Source: an uncultured Streptococcus sp. (GTDB taxonomy: Bacteria; Bacillota; Bacilli; Lactobacillales; Streptococcaceae). Taken from it: DNA of 64,000 bases. The DNA is taken from NCBI GenBank assembly GCA_902470035.1, contig CABREZ010000001.1, forward strand, positions 5,813 through 69,812, given 5' to 3'. Below the pieces are notes generated by a model. It ran no database searches, was not told the DNA's origin, and saw only the letters and a list, made by a program, of their open reading frames with translations. A program made the translations under genes and the position numbers. Below are positions 60,961 to 64,000 of the stretch, one piece after another (positions within the stretch are counted from its first letter, which is position 1; every line of letters starts with the position of its first letter).

Positions 60961-61554
60961 TTATTCTTCTTTTGCTCCATTACGGAGTAGATTATTCATA
61001 TATTCTGTCGGTGTCAGTTTCAATAAATCTGCAATATTGGCTGATTTGAAATACTCTAACTCGACCGCTTTTTTAGTATCCAACTGGGTGAAATCATAAG
61101 TGATGACCGTTTGGTATTCATTTTCATTTGGCAAAGTCAGTTCGATTGTAAAACCTGGAAGAGTTCGCGCCTGTTGAAGTTTTTCATCCTTACCCATCGA
61201 CTCTACCATCAATCGTCGGGCCTCTTCAAGACCAACTTCTTGGATGGCATTTTTCAATTCATCACTGACAGGAGTGGTATTGGTCATGACCAATTTTTGA
61301 AATTGTTCCCCTTGATAAGTGATGGTTTGCTCTTGGCGAATGCTACTTTCATCTTTTGGAAGGACAAAGTGTTTAGTGAAAACTTGCTGTTCTTCCGCCT
61401 TCTCTAACAGATTTCGATTTTCGTTATTAAACGATTCAATTTTAGCACTGTTGGATTTTTGAACACTGGAAGAATCGGTTTTTCCATGTTTCTTCTGTCC
61501 ACAAGCTGTCAGCGCCAGGAGCAAGACCCCTAGACAAATAAGCTTCTTTTTCAT
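60961..61554 (-). CDS. SP0191-family lipoprotein
   Basis: Lipobox 'ALTAC'; conserved position between spx and ireB. Confidence 0.75.
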   Translation of the reverse strand: MKKKLICLGVLLLALTACGQKKHGKTDSSSVQKSNSAKIESFNNENRNLLEKAEEQQVFTKHFVLPKDESSIRQEQTITYQGEQFQKLVMTNTTPVSDELKNAIQEVGLEEARRLMVESMGKDEKLQQARTLPGFTIELTLPNENEYQTVITYDFTQLDTKKAVELEYFKSANIADLLKLTPTEYMNNLLRNGAKEE

Positions 61555-61737
61555 GTTTTCTCCTTTGATAAGCTTCTATAAAGGGATTTTCCCCACAGAA
61601 GTATTGTACCATAGAATCCCCCTCAAAAACATTCTTACAAGCTTTTTTTCGTGGATTCTTTGGCCGGATACAAAAGAAAAAGTCGAGATCCTACTATCTC
61701 GACTCTTCTCAGTAGCTCAACGATTGGCTACTTGTTC

Positions 61738-62136
61738 TTATAGGGCTGCTCTTAAGCGAGCCTCCGCATTTTCAACATTTCGTACAGAACGTGGTAAAAA
61801 GGCCCGAATATCATCTTCCTTATAACCAACTTGAAGTCGCTTGTTATCCACTAGGATAGGGCTTTTCAAGATTCGTGGTGTTTCTAAGATGATATCGATG
61901 ACTTCATTCATGCTGAGGTCTTCAATATCGACACCTAGATTCTTAGCGTATCGATTTTTTGAAGAAACGATACTTGCAATGCCATTTTCTGTTTTGGTCA
62001 AAATATCGAGTAATTCTTCTTTTGTAATTCCTTCTTTACCAAGGTTTTGTTCTTTATAGATCAACTGATGAGCATTTAGCCAAGTTTTGGCTTTTTTACA
62101 ACTCGTGCAACTTGAAACTGTGTAAATTTTAATCAT
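61738..62136 (-). CDS. spxA2: Spx-family transcriptional regulator
   Basis: 'MIKIYTVSSCTSCKKAK' CxxC and 'ILKSPI'; downstream of recA; start reassigned to 62136. Confidence 0.9.
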   Translation of the reverse strand: MIKIYTVSSCTSCKKAKTWLNAHQLIYKEQNLGKEGITKEELLDILTKTENGIASIVSSKNRYAKNLGVDIEDLSMNEVIDIILETPRILKSPILVDNKRLQVGYKEDDIRAFLPRSVRNVENAEARLRAAL

Positions 62137-62223
62137 GTATGCACTCCTTTCGCCACACGATAATAACATTGTAGTATATTATACCATAAAAACCATCAGT
62201 CTTTCGACCTATTTTGAAAAAAA

Positions 62224-63366
62224 TTACTCTTCAATCTCAATGGCATCATCAAGATCTAGTGTTACTTCTTCAACAAGTGGGCTTTCAGCTACTTCATCTT
62301 GTGCAACTACAGCAGTGTCATCATCGATCAAACCGAAGCGCACGCGCACTTGGTGATCAATCTCATCAAAAATTTCTGGATGGTCTGCCAAGTACTTCTT
62401 AGCATTTTCAGAACCTTGGCCAATCTTCTCACCATTATAAGAATACCAAGCACCAGCTTTTTGGATAATATCCAAGTCTGTTGCAATCTTAACCAACTCA
62501 CCAGTACGTGAAATTCCTTCTCCGTACATGATTTCCACCATGGCTTCTTTGAACGGTGGGGCTACCTTGTTTTTCACAACCTTGATCTTGGTTTCCTTAC
62601 CAACGTTGGTATCTTTTTGGTCCCCAGTACCCTTGATTTGAGTATTTCCACGAACATCTAAACGAACAGAAGCGTAGAATTTAAGGGCACGACCACCAGG
62701 TGTGGTTTCAGGGTTCCCAAACATGACCCCAACTTTTTCACGCAATTGGTTGATAAAGATGGCAATGGTCTTGGTCTTGTTGATCGAAGCTCCGAGTTTG
62801 CGCATGGCTTGGCTCATCATCCGCGCTTGCAAACCAACGTGGCTGTCACCGATATCACCATCGATTTCTGCGCGTGGTACCAAAGCAGCAACAGAGTCAA
62901 TTACGACCAAATCAACAGCACCTGAGTCGATCAATTTACCGGCAATTTCAAGTCCTTGTTCCCCTGAGTCTGGTTGAGACAAGAGGAGTTCATCAATATT
63001 GACTCCAAGAGCTGCTGCATAAGATGGATCCAAGGCATGCTCGGCATCGATGAAGGCAGCAATGCCTCCTTCTTTTTGAGCTTGTGCTACTGCATGGAGG
63101 GCAACGGTTGTTTTACCTGATGATTCTGGACCATAGATTTCGATGATCCGACCTTTTGGATAACCACCAGCACCCAAGGCAATATCAAGCGCCAATGAAC
63201 CAGAGCTCATCACTTGTACTTTTTGTTCCGCGCGTTCGCCCAGACGCATGATGGATCCTTTACCAAAGTCTTTTTCAATCAACTTCAGGGCATCATTGAG
63301 GGCTTTTTCGCGTTCGTCCCCAAATTTTTTCGAAATATCATCTAATTTTTTCTGTTTTTTCGCCAT
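62224..63366 (-). CDS. recA: Recombinase RecA
   Basis: 'GPESSGKTT', '[13 protein letters not shown]'. Confidence 0.99.
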   Translation of the reverse strand: MAKKQKKLDDISKKFGDEREKALNDALKLIEKDFGKGSIMRLGERAEQKVQVMSSGSLALDIALGAGGYPKGRIIEIYGPESSGKTTVALHAVAQAQKEGGIAAFIDAEHALDPSYAAALGVNIDELLLSQPDSGEQGLEIAGKLIDSGAVDLVVIDSVAALVPRAEIDGDIGDSHVGLQARMMSQAMRKLGASINKTKTIAIFINQLREKVGVMFGNPETTPGGRALKFYASVRLDVRGNTQIKGTGDQKDTNVGKETKIKVVKNKVAPPFKEAMVEIMYGEGISRTGELVKIATDLDIIQKAGAWYSYNGEKIGQGSENAKKYLADHPEIFDEIDHQVRVRFGLIDDDTAVVAQDEVAESPLVEEVTLDLDDAIEIEE

Positions 63367-63412
63367 TCTTTTCTCCTATGTTCAAAGCGTAGTGTTTTAC
63401 ACCTTCTTTTTA

Positions 63413-64000
63413 TTATAGCAAATTTTCATCTAATAATACAGTCTTGCGTACCAGATTAAAGGCATGGAGGACTGCAACTTTACGAACATCCATACGACTC
63501 CGGCCAGCGATATTGACCTTGATTGATTGGACTCCTTTTGGACCTGCCACTCCAATAAAGACAGTACCTGCTGGGTGGCCTTCTAGACTGTCTGGACCGG
63601 CAACACCCGTCAGACTGACTCCATAATCAGACCCTGTTAAGAGACGGGCCTGTGACGCCATCCGCTCAGCTGTATGGGCAGATACCACTCCATGTTCTCG
63701 TAACTCGGCTAGGGGGATTTGGAGCATTTTGCTCTTTTCCTCTATGCTGTAAGTGACGAAACCTCCTGGCAAGACCGCTGAAGCTCCTGAGAAATTAGCC
63801 AGAGTCGACTGGAACATCCCTGCCGTCAAGCTCTCCGCTGCGGTCAGGGTCAAGCCTCGTTCACGCAAGAGTTCAAAAGCCATCTTAGCTAGGGAATTGT
63901 CATCTCCATAGCCATAGAAGAGCTGGCTCAAGGGTTGGCCATCTAAGGTCTCATGACGGAGGATTACTTGCTCCAACTGATCCAATTTCTGATCAGCCTG
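63413..64000 (-). CDS. cinA: Competence/damage-inducible protein CinA, 3' part (PncC domain)
   Basis: 'AAESLTAG', 'GFVTYS', 'TGVAGP'; upstream of recA; frame open to the window edge. Confidence 0.95.
   Translation of the reverse strand, partial: QADQKLDQLEQVILRHETLDGQPLSQLFYGYGDDNSLAKMAFELLRERGLTLTAAESLTAGMFQSTLANFSGASAVLPGGFVTYSIEEKSKMLQIPLAELREHGVVSAHTAERMASQARLLTGSDYGVSLTGVAGPDSLEGHPAGTVFIGVAGPKGVQSIKVNIAGRSRMDVRKVAVLHAFNLVRKTVLLDENLL

Noticed and set aside
1..64000. Phage-defence, toxin-antitoxin, bacteriocin or transposase genes
   Set aside because: No ORF shows motifs of these classes; all long ORFs are explained by housekeeping, surface or polysaccharide functions.

Overview
Core-genome segment of an oral (mitis/sanguinis-group) Streptococcus. 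Gene content suggests S. parasanguinis/australis-like, but the species is not established. Most genes are on the - strand. From the start: an XRE/DUF3278 membrane-protein operon; the nadR-pnuC-nrtR NAD-salvage operon; a lipoprotein; an ECF S-component plus DUF4430 lipoprotein fused to the ctsR-clpC operon; two LPXTG-anchored glycosidases (GH2 BgaA and a GH29 fucosidase); tsf/rpsB; tRNA-Cys; nusG/secE/rpmG; pbp2a; an AdcR-boxed adcAII-pht zinc locus; a CnaB/LPXTG relic; a GH25/Bsp-repeat/C39 autolysin; a Wzx/Wzy receptor-polysaccharide (RPS)-type cps locus; cls, folC, ruvX, ireB, spxA2, recA and partial cinA. In the cps locus wzy is frameshifted and is preceded by a second wzy-like relic. No integrase, transposase, phage, CRISPR-Cas or defence genes were seen. 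The most unusual signals are non-coding: a 50-bp-periodic array of co-varying hairpins (59059-59254), a 175-bp MITE-like element in four full copies plus one collapsed copy, and a nested-hairpin element at 26284-26418. Family assignments come from motif recognition and recall, not from database searches.
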